The position numbers and the translations under genes were made by a program. Below the pieces are notes generated by a model. It saw nothing but the letters and a program-made list of their open reading frames with translations. It did not search any database and had not been told where the DNA came from. This document shows positions 1 through 9,743 of a stretch of DNA of 64,000 nucleotides, in pieces. The stretch covers positions 11,122 to 75,121 of the forward strand of contig UQSR01000005.1 in NCBI GenBank assembly GCA_900543825.1, written 5' to 3'. Each line of letters begins with the position of its first letter. Positions within the stretch are counted from its first letter, which is position 1. The DNA is from an uncultured Mycoplasmatota bacterium (lineage in GTDB: Bacteria; Bacillota_I; Bacilli_A; RF39; UBA660).

Positions 1-2222
1 ATATAAGTATCTATAAAGGCAAGAACTGAAATAAAGACGATACTTACTATACCAAATTTTGAAACTAAAAACAAGTCTGGAAGTAAAATTAATAGTTCTA
101 AGAATGATATTATACAAAATATTAATAGTATTTTTCGCCATAGGTTTAATGGTTTACATATTGTATATAGTTGTCTTAGAGTAATAAATCCAGTTAAGGC
201 TACCACTACTAAACGATAATTTTCGAAATCTTTATGAAAAACAGTACAAAACATTATTATTATAAAGATGTTTATTACTACTGTCATTCCATTTGGAAGG
301 GCATTTCTAAATACTTTAGATAGGAAGCCTTTAGTTACTTTGTTATAATTTGGTTCTAAGGCTAAGAAGAATGATGGAATACCTACACATACTGAGCTTA
401 TTAATGATAATTGAATTGGATAAAATGGATATTCATATGTCAATACTATTGATAATAGGGATAATAGAAATGAATATGTTGTCTTTATTAGGTACATAGC
501 CGCTACACGTTCAATATTATTTACTACTCTTCTTCCTTCATTTACGATATCTGGTAATACTGAGAAATCACTTGTTGTTAATACTACTTCAGATACACTT
601 CTAGCGGCATTAACACCACTTTGAAGTGCTATTCCACAGTCAGCTTCTTTTAATCCTAATACATCGTTGACACCATCCCCTATCATGGATACGGTATTGT
701 CTTCTTTTAAAGCTTTAATAACCATTTGTTTTTGACTTGGAGTCATTCGGCCAAAGATTACTTTTTCATGGGCTACTTTGACTAACTCTTCATAATCTTT
801 TGGTAGGTCTGGTCCTGCTATAAATTTGTCATAGCCTTCAAAATCTAATTGCTTTAAGATATTGGATACGGAAATAGGATTATCTCCAGATATTATTTTT
901 ATTTCTACACCCTGCTCTTTGAAATATTTTAGTGTATCTCCTGCTGAAGGTCTTATATTATCTTTTATAATTATGAAGGCTAGTACTTCTATTTTATCTT
1001 TTTCTCTAGCTAAAGTAATTATTCTATATCCTTTTTGGATATATTTATCAAGTTCTTCATAATCGGTTATTTGTTTATCGGTTATATATTCTAGGGCTCC
1101 TAAATAGTATTTTGTGTTATCAATAGTGGTTATACTACATTTTTTAGCGGAACTAAATGGTACTCTATCAGTAACGTTTAAATCATTTTTTATACCATAT
1201 TTATTTTTAAGTGCTATATCGGTTGAGTTATTTCCTTCTTCGGTATTAATGTTAGCTATAATATTAGCTATATTTACTCTTTTATCTAATACGATGGTAT
1301 CAACGACAGTCATAGTTCCATCGGTTATGGTTCCGGTTTTATCTAGGCATAATACATCAGTACATGATAATACTTCAATACCGTGTAATTTTTGAATGAT
1401 GACATTTTTCTTGGCCATCTTTATTACTCCGGCGGTTAAGGCAATTGATGTTAATAGTACTAGTCCTTCTGGTATCATACCAATAATACCCGCGACGGTA
1501 GATAGTATGGCTTCGCTATAGGTTTGATTACTATGAAAGTATTGACTTATAAATAATAAGATTCCTACAGGAATAATTAATACGGTTACTATTTTTAGGA
1601 TAGTATTAATAGTTCTTTGAAGGTATGATGAGTTATCACTTACTTCAGAGGCTTCTTTTATTAGATTGCTAGCATAACTATTTTTACCAACACTTATTAC
1701 TTTGGCATAACCACTACCACTAGTAACTATGGAACCGGACATTATTTTATCATCTTTCTTTTTGATTATAGCGTCTGATTCACCAGTTATTATACTTTCA
1801 TCTACTTCTAGACTACTTGACTTTAGGACTTCTAAGTCAGTTAGTATAGAATCACCAGAAGATATATAAACAACATCATCAAGTACTATTTCTTCTTTTT
1901 TAATGGTTTGTTTTTCACCATCTCTTATTACTACAACAGTATCACTATCAGTTACTTTTATATTATCTAATATTTTTTTGGCTTTTAATTCTTGATATAT
2001 AGCTATTATAGTATTAAATAAAATAGTTCCAATAAACAAAGTATTTTGAATAGAACCTGTTGTTAATACTAAGATAAATAATGATATATTTAAAATGTTA
2101 AATAGAGTTATACAGTTTGATAATACTATTTCTTTTGTAGTTCTTGTATACTTTATTTTATCTTCATTTGATAAGCCATTATTTTTTCTATATTCTACTT
2201 CATATTTTGTTAAACCTTTCAT
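1..2222 (-). CDS. Cation-transporting P-type ATPase (Ca2+-ATPase-like), C-terminally truncated by the window edge
   Basis: Minus-strand frame open from the ATG at 2222 (GGAGG RBS 6 nt upstream) to position 1. Translation contains the CLDKTGT phosphorylation motif, GDGVNDVLGLKEADCGIA and the TGES region. The ~740 aa visible is shorter than the ~880 aa expected. Confidence 0.8.
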   Translation of the reverse strand, partial: MKGLTKYEVEYRKNNGLSNEDKIKYTRTTKEIVLSNCITLFNILNISLFILVLTTGSIQNTLFIGTILFNTIIAIYQELKAKKILDNIKVTDSDTVVVIRDGEKQTIKKEEIVLDDVVYISSGDSILTDLEVLKSSSLEVDESIITGESDAIIKKKDDKIMSGSIVTSGSGYAKVISVGKNSYASNLIKEASEVSDNSSYLQRTINTILKIVTVLIIPVGILLFISQYFHSNQTYSEAILSTVAGIIGMIPEGLVLLTSIALTAGVIKMAKKNVIIQKLHGIEVLSCTDVLCLDKTGTITDGTMTVVDTIVLDKRVNIANIIANINTEEGNNSTDIALKNKYGIKNDLNVTDRVPFSSAKKCSITTIDNTKYYLGALEYITDKQITDYEELDKYIQKGYRIITLAREKDKIEVLAFIIIKDNIRPSAGDTLKYFKEQGVEIKIISGDNPISVSNILKQLDFEGYDKFIAGPDLPKDYEELVKVAHEKVIFGRMTPSQKQMVIKALKEDNTVSMIGDGVNDVLGLKEADCGIALQSGVNAARSVSEVVLTTSDFSVLPDIVNEGRRVVNNIERVAAMYLIKTTYSFLLSLLSIVLTYEYPFYPIQLSLISSVCVGIPSFFLALEPNYNKVTKGFLSKVFRNALPNGMTVVINIFIIIMFCTVFHKDFENYRLVVVALTGFITLRQLYTICKPLNLWRKILLIFCIISFLELLILLPDLFLVSKFGIVSIVFISVLAFIDTY

Positions 2223-2258
2223 AACATCCTCCTAGTTAAAAAGGGCTTATAATGCCCT

Positions 2259-3425
2259 TTATTTTCTATAAAAATATGCTCCATACTCGCCAGGTGAAAA
2301 ATATAAAACTTCTTTTGAATTTGGATTTATTGAATTATCATTAAAATCCCAACCAGGAAGACGCCAGCCTCGCGCAACACCGAAATGTAAGTGAGCTCCA
2401 TAATTTCCACCAGTATTTCCGGCATAGCCGATAATTGTATCATTAGTAACTTTGGTTCCCTGTCCTATACCATTCGCTATTTTGGATAAATGCATATATA
2501 CGCTTGTATATTGTCGTCCATTTACATTATGATATATATAGACAGCATTACCTCCACCGCTTATCCATCTTGCTGCACTAACTTCACCGGCAGCAGCAGC
2601 ATAAACAGGCATTCCATATACTTCACCATTCCATAAGTCAATACCGTGATGTTCTCCACTCCAATCAGTTCTTGGCGCTTTTCCAGTATATACTGATGAT
2701 ACTGTGCCATATGCTATTGGATATCTCCAACCACTGGCATATACTACATTAACACATGAATCAAGAGATTGATCTAGTGAACAGCCTATACTTTTATAAT
2801 AGTTAATTACTTTCCTACTATCACGAATATCTTCTTCAATAGTAGCTCCATCTTTGTCAAGAGTGTTTAGATTAGCTCTTAATTTTACTAGTTTAGAGTT
2901 ATATTCATTATTTTGATTTTCTAACTGGACTTGTTTTTCTGCTAGTTCTTTCTTTTTTTGTTCTAATTCGTTATTTAGTCTTTCTAATTCGTCCATCAAT
3001 TCATTATTATGACCGGTAAGCTGTGATACTACTGAATATCTATATATAAAATCAGTATAAGAATCTGCTTCAAATAAATATTCTAGATAAACATTTTCTC
3101 CACTTGATATTTGAAGAAATTTTAATAGTTCATCAGTCTCTTTACTTTTAGCTTCTATTTCATTTTGATTATTAATTATTTCTTGTTCAGATGTCGCTAT
3201 TTCTTTTTTTGTATTAATAATATTAGCGTTAATAGTATTTATTTGAGAATTTAGTGTATTTATCTCAGACTGAGTAAGGCTTTTTTTATTTTTATTTTCA
3301 TTATAGTCTTTTTCTAATTTATCAAGTTCTTCTTGTAATTGTCTTAATGTTTTAGCCTCTACTTGATAACTAGGAATAAGTATCATACTCATTATTATAA
3401 ATATAAATATTAACTTTCTTTTCAT
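2259..3425 (-). CDS. Secreted M23-family peptidoglycan DD-metalloendopeptidase with N-terminal coiled-coil
   Basis: Signal peptide, long Lys/Glu/Asn/Gln coiled-coil, and a C-terminal M23 domain (HHGIDL ... GNYGAHLHFGV HxH motif). Confidence 0.8.
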   Translation of the reverse strand: MKRKLIFIFIIMSMILIPSYQVEAKTLRQLQEELDKLEKDYNENKNKKSLTQSEINTLNSQINTINANIINTKKEIATSEQEIINNQNEIEAKSKETDELLKFLQISSGENVYLEYLFEADSYTDFIYRYSVVSQLTGHNNELMDELERLNNELEQKKKELAEKQVQLENQNNEYNSKLVKLRANLNTLDKDGATIEEDIRDSRKVINYYKSIGCSLDQSLDSCVNVVYASGWRYPIAYGTVSSVYTGKAPRTDWSGEHHGIDLWNGEVYGMPVYAAAAGEVSAARWISGGGNAVYIYHNVNGRQYTSVYMHLSKIANGIGQGTKVTNDTIIGYAGNTGGNYGAHLHFGVARGWRLPGWDFNDNSINPNSKEVLYFSPGEYGAYFYRK

Positions 3426-3500
3426 ATAATCACATCTTTCTAGAATAATTATATATTAAATGTTGATTTTAGTCAATATTTAGGTTTTATTTTACATTTT

Positions 3501-4586
3501 TTAGCAATCTTTATTTATATCTCTTTTAACAAATCCAACTAAAAAGATAAGTACTATTGTTAAATATAGTATTATTTTTATATTATTTATTAAATATCCT
3601 ATTAGACACATAATGCTTCTTGTTATACAGAATATTAATTCCACTAATAAAAGATATCCTCCTATATTAGTATCTTTTTTGATATTATATATATTTTCAG
3701 ATGATACTATTTCAAACATTTTAATACCTAGTCCTTCAAATAGTCCTATTATTAAGATTAGATATTTATTATATATATTTAATTTTAATAATAGGAATAG
3801 ACAAAATATTATATTTAGATATTTAAAATATTTTTTATCATTTACTTTTCTAGTAAAAAAATAGATAAATATACATGATGAAATACCAAGAATGACGTTA
3901 TATATTCCTACATATGTTATTTTACTATTTACAAATAAATATAGATATAGTGGCTGCAGAGAAAGATTTATTACTTTTGCTTGTTCCAAAATAAAGAATT
4001 TTAATTTATTTTTTTCTATCTTTTGATATTTTATTTTTTCTTTACCTATACTTGCTTCAAATTTGAATAATGGTATAAATGATACTATAGATAATATTAC
4101 TACAAAAAGGGCTAAGGCAAATGTGGATAATTTACTTTGAATATATCCTCCTATTAAAGATGATAATATTATAGCTATATTAGTAAATATTAATATATTA
4201 CCAATATTTTCTTTTTTATTATCTTCTAATGCCTTTATAGCATAATAATGTCTTAGAGTATGATATGTATAAGACCCTATAGAATAAATAATACTAAATA
4301 TTAGAAGGCTTTTTGTTGTTTTTGACATAATAGACATATAATAAAAACTTAGGCTAAATATTATACTAGATAGTATTAAGATATATTTTGATTTTATTTT
4401 ATTTAAGATGTATATAGTTATAACACTAGTTAATGCTCCTAGTAAATAGAGTACTGTAAAAAATAAGAGAATATCTTTTAAAGAATAATCCATCTTATAT
4501 AATAATACAGCACTATATACTTCAGGAATATTTCTAGATAATGTTGATAGTAATATAAATATATTATATCTTTTTATATTATTCAT
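3501..4586 (-). CDS. Polytopic integral membrane protein, unknown function
   Basis: 361 aa with ~10 hydrophobic helices and no recognisable catalytic motif. Confidence 0.45.
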   Translation of the reverse strand: MNNIKRYNIFILLSTLSRNIPEVYSAVLLYKMDYSLKDILLFFTVLYLLGALTSVITIYILNKIKSKYILILSSIIFSLSFYYMSIMSKTTKSLLIFSIIYSIGSYTYHTLRHYYAIKALEDNKKENIGNILIFTNIAIILSSLIGGYIQSKLSTFALALFVVILSIVSFIPLFKFEASIGKEKIKYQKIEKNKLKFFILEQAKVINLSLQPLYLYLFVNSKITYVGIYNVILGISSCIFIYFFTRKVNDKKYFKYLNIIFCLFLLLKLNIYNKYLILIIGLFEGLGIKMFEIVSSENIYNIKKDTNIGGYLLLVELIFCITRSIMCLIGYLINNIKIILYLTIVLIFLVGFVKRDINKDC

Positions 4587-4638
4587 GTTATCACCATTTA
4601 TTAGTATGTATTTTATTTATTTTATGATACAATATTGA

Positions 4639-5583
4639 TTGGGTGATTTGATGTTTAAATATACTTTGGATAATAAAAGATATCATACTCTTAATTATTA
4701 CTTAAGAAATAAATTTAATTCTAAGGTATGTAAGATTAGTTTGAATGCTGGTTTTACTTGTCCTAATATTGATGGCACAAAAGGATATGGTGGATGTATA
4801 TACTGCTCAAAGAGTGGTTCGGGAGAATTTGGTGGTAATCCTAGTAAGAGTTTAGTAGAACAATTTAATGATGTTAAAGAAGTATTAGCTAAAAAATGGC
4901 CTAATGCTAAGTATATTGCTTATTTTCAAGCTAGAACTAATACTTATGCTCCTCTTCTTGTATTAAAGGAGAAATATGAGAGTGTTTTGGGCATAGATAA
5001 TGTTATTGGTCTTGATATTGCTACTAGATGCGATGCTATTAGTGATGATACTTTAGATTACTTAGAAGAATTATCTAAAAGAACTTTTTTAACTATTGAA
5101 CTTGGACTACAAACTACTAAAGAAGAGACTTCTATCCTTATTAATAGAGGACATACTTTAAAAGAATTTGATGATATGGTTAAAAAACTTAGGGATAGAA
5201 ATATTAATGTAGTAGTGCATATTATTAATGGTCTTCCTTATGAAAACGAAGATGATATGTTAAATACTGTAAGGCATCTTAATAAACTTGATATTCAAGG
5301 TATTAAGATTCATATGCTTAATATTGTTAAAGATACTCCTTTGGAAGTTTTATATAATAAAGAGAAATTTCATATTTTGACTAAAGAGGAATATATTGAT
5401 ATTGTTATTAAGCAATTAGAGTTATTGGATGAAAAAATAGTAATACATAGAATTACTGCTGATCCGGATATTAAATCTTTAGTGGAACCTAAATGGCTTG
5501 TTAAGAAATTTTGTGTTCTAAATGACATTGATAAAGAAATGGTAAGAAGAGATACTTATCAGGGTAAATATTTTAATAGTTAA
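4639..5583 (+). CDS. Radical SAM protein, TIGR01212 (YhcC-like) family
   Basis: CPNIDGTKGYGGCIYCS Cys cluster and overall TIGR01212-like architecture; followed by a strong terminator. Confidence 0.8.
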   Translation: MGDLMFKYTLDNKRYHTLNYYLRNKFNSKVCKISLNAGFTCPNIDGTKGYGGCIYCSKSGSGEFGGNPSKSLVEQFNDVKEVLAKKWPNAKYIAYFQARTNTYAPLLVLKEKYESVLGIDNVIGLDIATRCDAISDDTLDYLEELSKRTFLTIELGLQTTKEETSILINRGHTLKEFDDMVKKLRDRNINVVVHIINGLPYENEDDMLNTVRHLNKLDIQGIKIHMLNIVKDTPLEVLYNKEKFHILTKEEYIDIVIKQLELLDEKIVIHRITADPDIKSLVEPKWLVKKFCVLNDIDKEMVRRDTYQGKYFNS

Positions 5584-5586
5584 TAT

Positions 5587-5620
5587 TAAGTACCATCTGG
5601 TACTTTTTTATATGTATAAA
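5587..5620 (+). terminator. Rho-independent terminator after the radical-SAM gene
   Basis: AAGTACCA-TCT-GGTACTT hairpin followed by TTTTTTAT. A second hairpin (AAAGAACT..AGTTCTTT at 5627-5647) overlaps the rseP stop and could serve the minus strand. Confidence 0.6.
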
Positions 5621-5643
5621 AGAAAAAGAACTTTAGTAGTTCT

Positions 5644-6684
5644 TTAGAATAATCTTAATATATCATTAAATGTTACATATATCATTAGAAGCATTAATAG
5701 ACCAAATCCGATAGTATTTACCATTCCTTCTACTTCTCTTTTTATTGGTTTTCTTCTTATTTTTTCTATTATTAGGAATAATACTCTTCCTCCATCAAAG
5801 GCTGGGAATGGTAATAGATTTATTACTCCTACATTCATTGATAAATAAGCTGTTAGATATATTATACTTTGAATTCCTTGTTTTGCTTGAGAGTCCACTA
5901 CGGTATAGATACCTACTGGTCCTGATAAGTCTTTTACCGATACTCCTCCTACAAATAGTTGTTTTAATGTGGTTAGCATTAATTTATATAATCCTATGGT
6001 AGTATTTCCAGCATAAGATAAAGCATTTGTAAAGCCATGTTTTACGGTATTATCTAAACTTATACCTACTACGTAACTTTTATTTCCTTCTTCATTAGTA
6101 ATGGTCTCTGGAGTTACTTTTACTTCTCTTATTTTATTATTAGTATCTTTTAAGGTGAATGTCATTTCTTTTCCTTCACTTATTCCTATATATAGTTGTA
6201 CTTCACTCCAACTTGATATTTTGTGATTATCTATTTTTAGAATGGTATCACCTTTTTCTATACCAGCAGCAAAAGCTGGATATTCTGGATTTACATTGGC
6301 TACGATAGGTTTAGTTGATACACTTCCCCATATTAGACCTATTAGAAATAATAATACAAAAGCTGCTATGAAGTTGTTCATGGCTCCTGCAATCATAATA
6401 AGAAATCTTTGCCATACTGGTTTACTATACAACATTCTTTCTTTTGGTATTTTGCTGTTATCATCGGCATCTTCACCTGCTAAAGATACGAAACCTCCTA
6501 TTGGAATTAGTCTTAGGCAATATTCTGTTTCGCCACCTTTCTTTTTATAGTGAAGTAGTTTTGGTCCCATTCCTATTGAAAATTCATATACATATACTCC
6601 GAACATTTTTGAAAAGATAAAATGTCCAAATTCATGTACTAATACTATTCCCCCTAAAATTACTATAAACCATATTATTCCCAT
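5644..6684 (-). CDS. rseP: Site-2 protease RseP/RasP (zinc metalloprotease with PDZ domain)
   Basis: HEFGHF zinc motif near the N-terminus, a PDZ segment and the C-terminal LLPFPAFDGGRV motif; sits in the conserved cdsA-rseP neighbourhood. Confidence 0.85.
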   Translation of the reverse strand: MGIIWFIVILGGIVLVHEFGHFIFSKMFGVYVYEFSIGMGPKLLHYKKKGGETEYCLRLIPIGGFVSLAGEDADDNSKIPKERMLYSKPVWQRFLIMIAGAMNNFIAAFVLLFLIGLIWGSVSTKPIVANVNPEYPAFAAGIEKGDTILKIDNHKISSWSEVQLYIGISEGKEMTFTLKDTNNKIREVKVTPETITNEEGNKSYVVGISLDNTVKHGFTNALSYAGNTTIGLYKLMLTTLKQLFVGGVSVKDLSGPVGIYTVVDSQAKQGIQSIIYLTAYLSMNVGVINLLPFPAFDGGRVLFLIIEKIRRKPIKREVEGMVNTIGFGLLMLLMIYVTFNDILRLF

Positions 6685-6698
6685 TATTTTTTTCCTCC

Positions 6699-7478
6699 TT
6701 ATAAAATACTAAGTAATAGTGCCATACCTAAACTTACGAATATTACACTATCGAATCTATCTAATATTCCACCATGTCCTGGTATTAGATTTGAATAATC
6801 TTTCTTACCGAAATATCTTTTTATACTACTAAAGACTAAATCTCCTAATTCACTAAGAATAGTTAATATTATACTTAATATAATTATCTTTATAATAGAT
6901 AAGTCATTTATAAACATTATATAATACATACTTCCAATAAATGAACCTGTTAAGGCTCCTATTAAAGAACCTTCGATTGTTTTTTTAGGTGATATAGTGG
7001 TAAAATGTTTTCTTCCTATTAACATACCACCTATATAAGCATACGTATCTGTAATAAAAGATATTATAAATATATATATACACTTATGAATACTTAACTC
7101 TCGCATAGTAATTATATTGCTAAAGGCAAATGATAAAAAGTATGTTATTCCTAAGAAATAAAAGGCATCATTTATATTATACTTTTCTTTATTATTATAA
7201 AATACTACTGGAAGTATTAGTATTAATATTGGCAGATATATTAATACTTTTATATCTAGAGTATACAATGTATTATTTAATAATATTAATAACATAGAAA
7301 TTGATGATAATATTTTTATTGCTTTGATATCTTTATTTTTATATTTTATATCTATAAGTTCTTTTAATCCTAATAATGCCACTAATGATATTGTTATAGC
7401 AAATGGAATATCTCCTAAAAGGATAGATGTTATTAGAACTATTAGAACTATAGCTCCTCCCAGAATTCTTTTTTTCAT
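6699..7478 (-). CDS. cdsA: Phosphatidate cytidylyltransferase (CDP-diglyceride synthase)
   Basis: CTP_transf_1 signature [11 protein letters not shown] at the C-terminus; multi-TM protein. Confidence 0.85.
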   Translation of the reverse strand: MKKRILGGAIVLIVLITSILLGDIPFAITISLVALLGLKELIDIKYKNKDIKAIKILSSISMLLILLNNTLYTLDIKVLIYLPILILILPVVFYNNKEKYNINDAFYFLGITYFLSFAFSNIITMRELSIHKCIYIFIISFITDTYAYIGGMLIGRKHFTTISPKKTIEGSLIGALTGSFIGSMYYIMFINDLSIIKIIILSIILTILSELGDLVFSSIKRYFGKKDYSNLIPGHGGILDRFDSVIFVSLGMALLLSIL

Positions 7479-7638
7479 ATTTCCTCCTTAAGTTATTTTT
7501 CTATTTCCTTAGTCATGCAATACTTATCTATTTGCGCAACCAATAATTTTTGATTATCTAATTTTGTTATTCCTATAACATTGTTATCATTTGCTAAAAT
7601 AGTTATCATTTTTAAACTCGTGGGATTCCGCTATTTTA

Positions 7639-7666
7639 TTAATAACAATATCACTAGGATTGTCAA
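7639..7666 (-). promoter_or_regulatory. Sigma-A-type promoter upstream of cdsA (and a 38-codon uORF)
   Basis: Minus strand reads TTGACA, then a 16-nt spacer, then TG-T-TATTAA (extended -10). Confidence 0.4.
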
Positions 7667-7710
7667 GATTTTTATATTACCTTTTTGACTTTTGTATAGT
7701 TTATAAAACT

Positions 7711-9618
7711 TTAAGCTATTTTGTAATCATCTTCTAATGAGAAAACGACATTTTCTTCTATCCATGTTTTTCTTGGTGATACTGAATCTCCCATTAAAAC
7801 AGATACTCTTTTTTCTGCTAGAGCAGCATCTGTTATATTTACTTTGATTAGTTTTCTTTCTTCTGGATTCATAGTTGTTTCCCAAAGTTGACTAGCATTC
7901 ATTTCACCTAGTCCTTTATATCTTTGAACTCTATAGTTTGTTTTGCCTTTTGTTTCTTCTTTTAATTCTTCATTAGTCCAAGCATAGACATGTTTACTAC
8001 CATGACTTACTTTATATAATGGAGGCATGGCTATATATAGATGTCCATCTTCTATTAAAGGTCGCATATATCTATAGAAGAATGTAAGAAGTAAGCACTG
8101 GATATGAGCTCCATCATCATCAGCATCGGTCATAATTATTACTTTACCATAGTTTATATCTTTGACATTAAAATCTGCTCCGACACCTGCTCCAATAGTA
8201 TATATTAGAGTATTTATTTCTTCATTTTTGAATATTTCTTCCATTCTTGTTTTTTCGGTATTTAATACTTTACCACGAAGTGGTAAGATAGCTTGAGTTT
8301 TTCTATCTCTTCCTTGTTTAGCAGAGCCGCCAGCAGAATCTCCTTCTACGATGAATAGTTCTTTTTCACTTGCTTTTCTACTTTGGGCTGGAGTTAATTT
8401 ACCTGATAATAGTTTTTCTGTTTTCTTGGTATCTTTGCCTTTTCTTGTTTCTTCTCTGGCACGTCTTGCGGCTTCTCTAGCTTCTTTACCTTTTAATGCT
8501 TTGTTTATTATTCCGGTAGCTACTGTTTTGTTTTCTTCTAGGAAGTATTTTAACTTTTCTGATGTTATAGATTCTACGATCGTTCTAGCTACAGGAGTTC
8601 CTAATTTGGCTTTAGTTTGTCCTTCAAATTGTAATAGATCTTCGGGAATTTGAACGGATATGATAGCGGTTAATCCTTCTCTTACATCTGAGCCATCAAA
8701 GCTTTTATCTTTACCTTTTAAATAGCCATTAGCTTTTGCATAATCATTTAATACTTTTGTAATAGCAGTCTTGAAGCCTACTTCATGAGTACCTCCATCA
8801 CTTGTTTTTACATCGTTAACAAATGATACAATGTTTTCTGAATATCCATCAGTATACTGCATGGCTACTGAAACGTTTATTTTGTCTTTACTAGAAGTAA
8901 AACATAGTGGTTTATGTAGAGTGTTTTTTCCTTCATTTAGATATTCGCAGAAGGCTTCTAAACCATTTTCATATAAGAATTTTTCACTTCTTCCTTCTAT
9001 TTCATCTACCACTTCTATTGTAAGGCCACTAATAAGGAAGGCACTCTCTTGCATTCTTTCACATATAGTAGAAAAACTAAATGTTGTTACTGGAAAGATA
9101 GCAGGATCTGGTTTGAATTTTACAGTGGTTCCAGTTCTATTTGTTGTTCCTACTTTTTTTAATGGTACTACTACTTTACCACCGTTTTCAAATTTGATAT
9201 AGTATTCTCCACCATCTCTTCTGGTTACTACTTCCATAACACTACTTAGGGCATTTACAACTGATCCACCTACTCCATGAAGTCCTCCAGATACTTTATA
9301 CCCACCTTCAGTAAATTTACCACCAGCATGCAATACTGTATATATTACTTCGGGAGTTGATTTTCCAGATGAATGCATACCTACTGGCAAACCTCTTCCT
9401 TTATCAGTTACACTTACTGAACCATCTTTATGTAATACTATTTTTAAATGGTTACCATAGCCATTTAATGCTTCATCTATTGAGTTATCAACTATTTCCC
9501 ATACAAGATGATGTAATCCTCTTTTATCAGTAGATCCAATATACATACCTGGTCTTTTTCTTACTGCTTCTAAACCTTCTAGTATTTTTATTGAACTTTC
9601 ATCATATTTTGCTGCCAT
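7711..9618 (-). CDS. Type IIA topoisomerase ATPase B subunit (GyrB/ParE family; cannot distinguish, no gyrA/parC adjacent)
   Basis: VLEGLEAVRKRPGMYIGST, GLHHLVWEIVDNSIDEA (GHKL ATPase), TOPRIM EGDSAGGSAK, and the LGEMN ... LMGD C-terminal box. Confidence 0.85.
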   Translation of the reverse strand: MAAKYDESSIKILEGLEAVRKRPGMYIGSTDKRGLHHLVWEIVDNSIDEALNGYGNHLKIVLHKDGSVSVTDKGRGLPVGMHSSGKSTPEVIYTVLHAGGKFTEGGYKVSGGLHGVGGSVVNALSSVMEVVTRRDGGEYYIKFENGGKVVVPLKKVGTTNRTGTTVKFKPDPAIFPVTTFSFSTICERMQESAFLISGLTIEVVDEIEGRSEKFLYENGLEAFCEYLNEGKNTLHKPLCFTSSKDKINVSVAMQYTDGYSENIVSFVNDVKTSDGGTHEVGFKTAITKVLNDYAKANGYLKGKDKSFDGSDVREGLTAIISVQIPEDLLQFEGQTKAKLGTPVARTIVESITSEKLKYFLEENKTVATGIINKALKGKEAREAARRAREETRKGKDTKKTEKLLSGKLTPAQSRKASEKELFIVEGDSAGGSAKQGRDRKTQAILPLRGKVLNTEKTRMEEIFKNEEINTLIYTIGAGVGADFNVKDINYGKVIIMTDADDDGAHIQCLLLTFFYRYMRPLIEDGHLYIAMPPLYKVSHGSKHVYAWTNEELKEETKGKTNYRVQRYKGLGEMNASQLWETTMNPEERKLIKVNITDAALAEKRVSVLMGDSVSPRKTWIEENVVFSLEDDYKIA

Positions 9619-9704
9619 ACTATCACTCTTTCTATTAAATTCATATTAATTATACTATAAATACTAGTTTCAATCAAGATACTTGTCATTTTTATTTACA
9701 TTTA

Positions 9705-9738
9705 TTAAAGAAAAAAAGAAGAGTGATTAATCTTCTTT
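9705..9738 (-). terminator. Rho-independent terminator downstream of the DUF285 repeat gene
   Basis: AAAGAAGA-GTGATTAA-TCTTCTTT hairpin; the minus strand continues with TTTTCTTT. Confidence 0.55.
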
Positions 9739-9743
9739 AAATA

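Noticed and set aside
862-1395. Plus-strand ORFs 862..1062 and 1114..1395
   Set aside because: They lie antisense inside the continuous P-type ATPase reading frame (DKTGT etc. on the minus strand). Their composition is Leu/Ile/Ser-rich, typical of the reverse strand of AT-rich genes.
8351-9202. Plus-strand ORFs 8351..8653 and 8831..9202
   Set aside because: Antisense to the well-supported topoisomerase B-subunit gene; no RBS and no homology.
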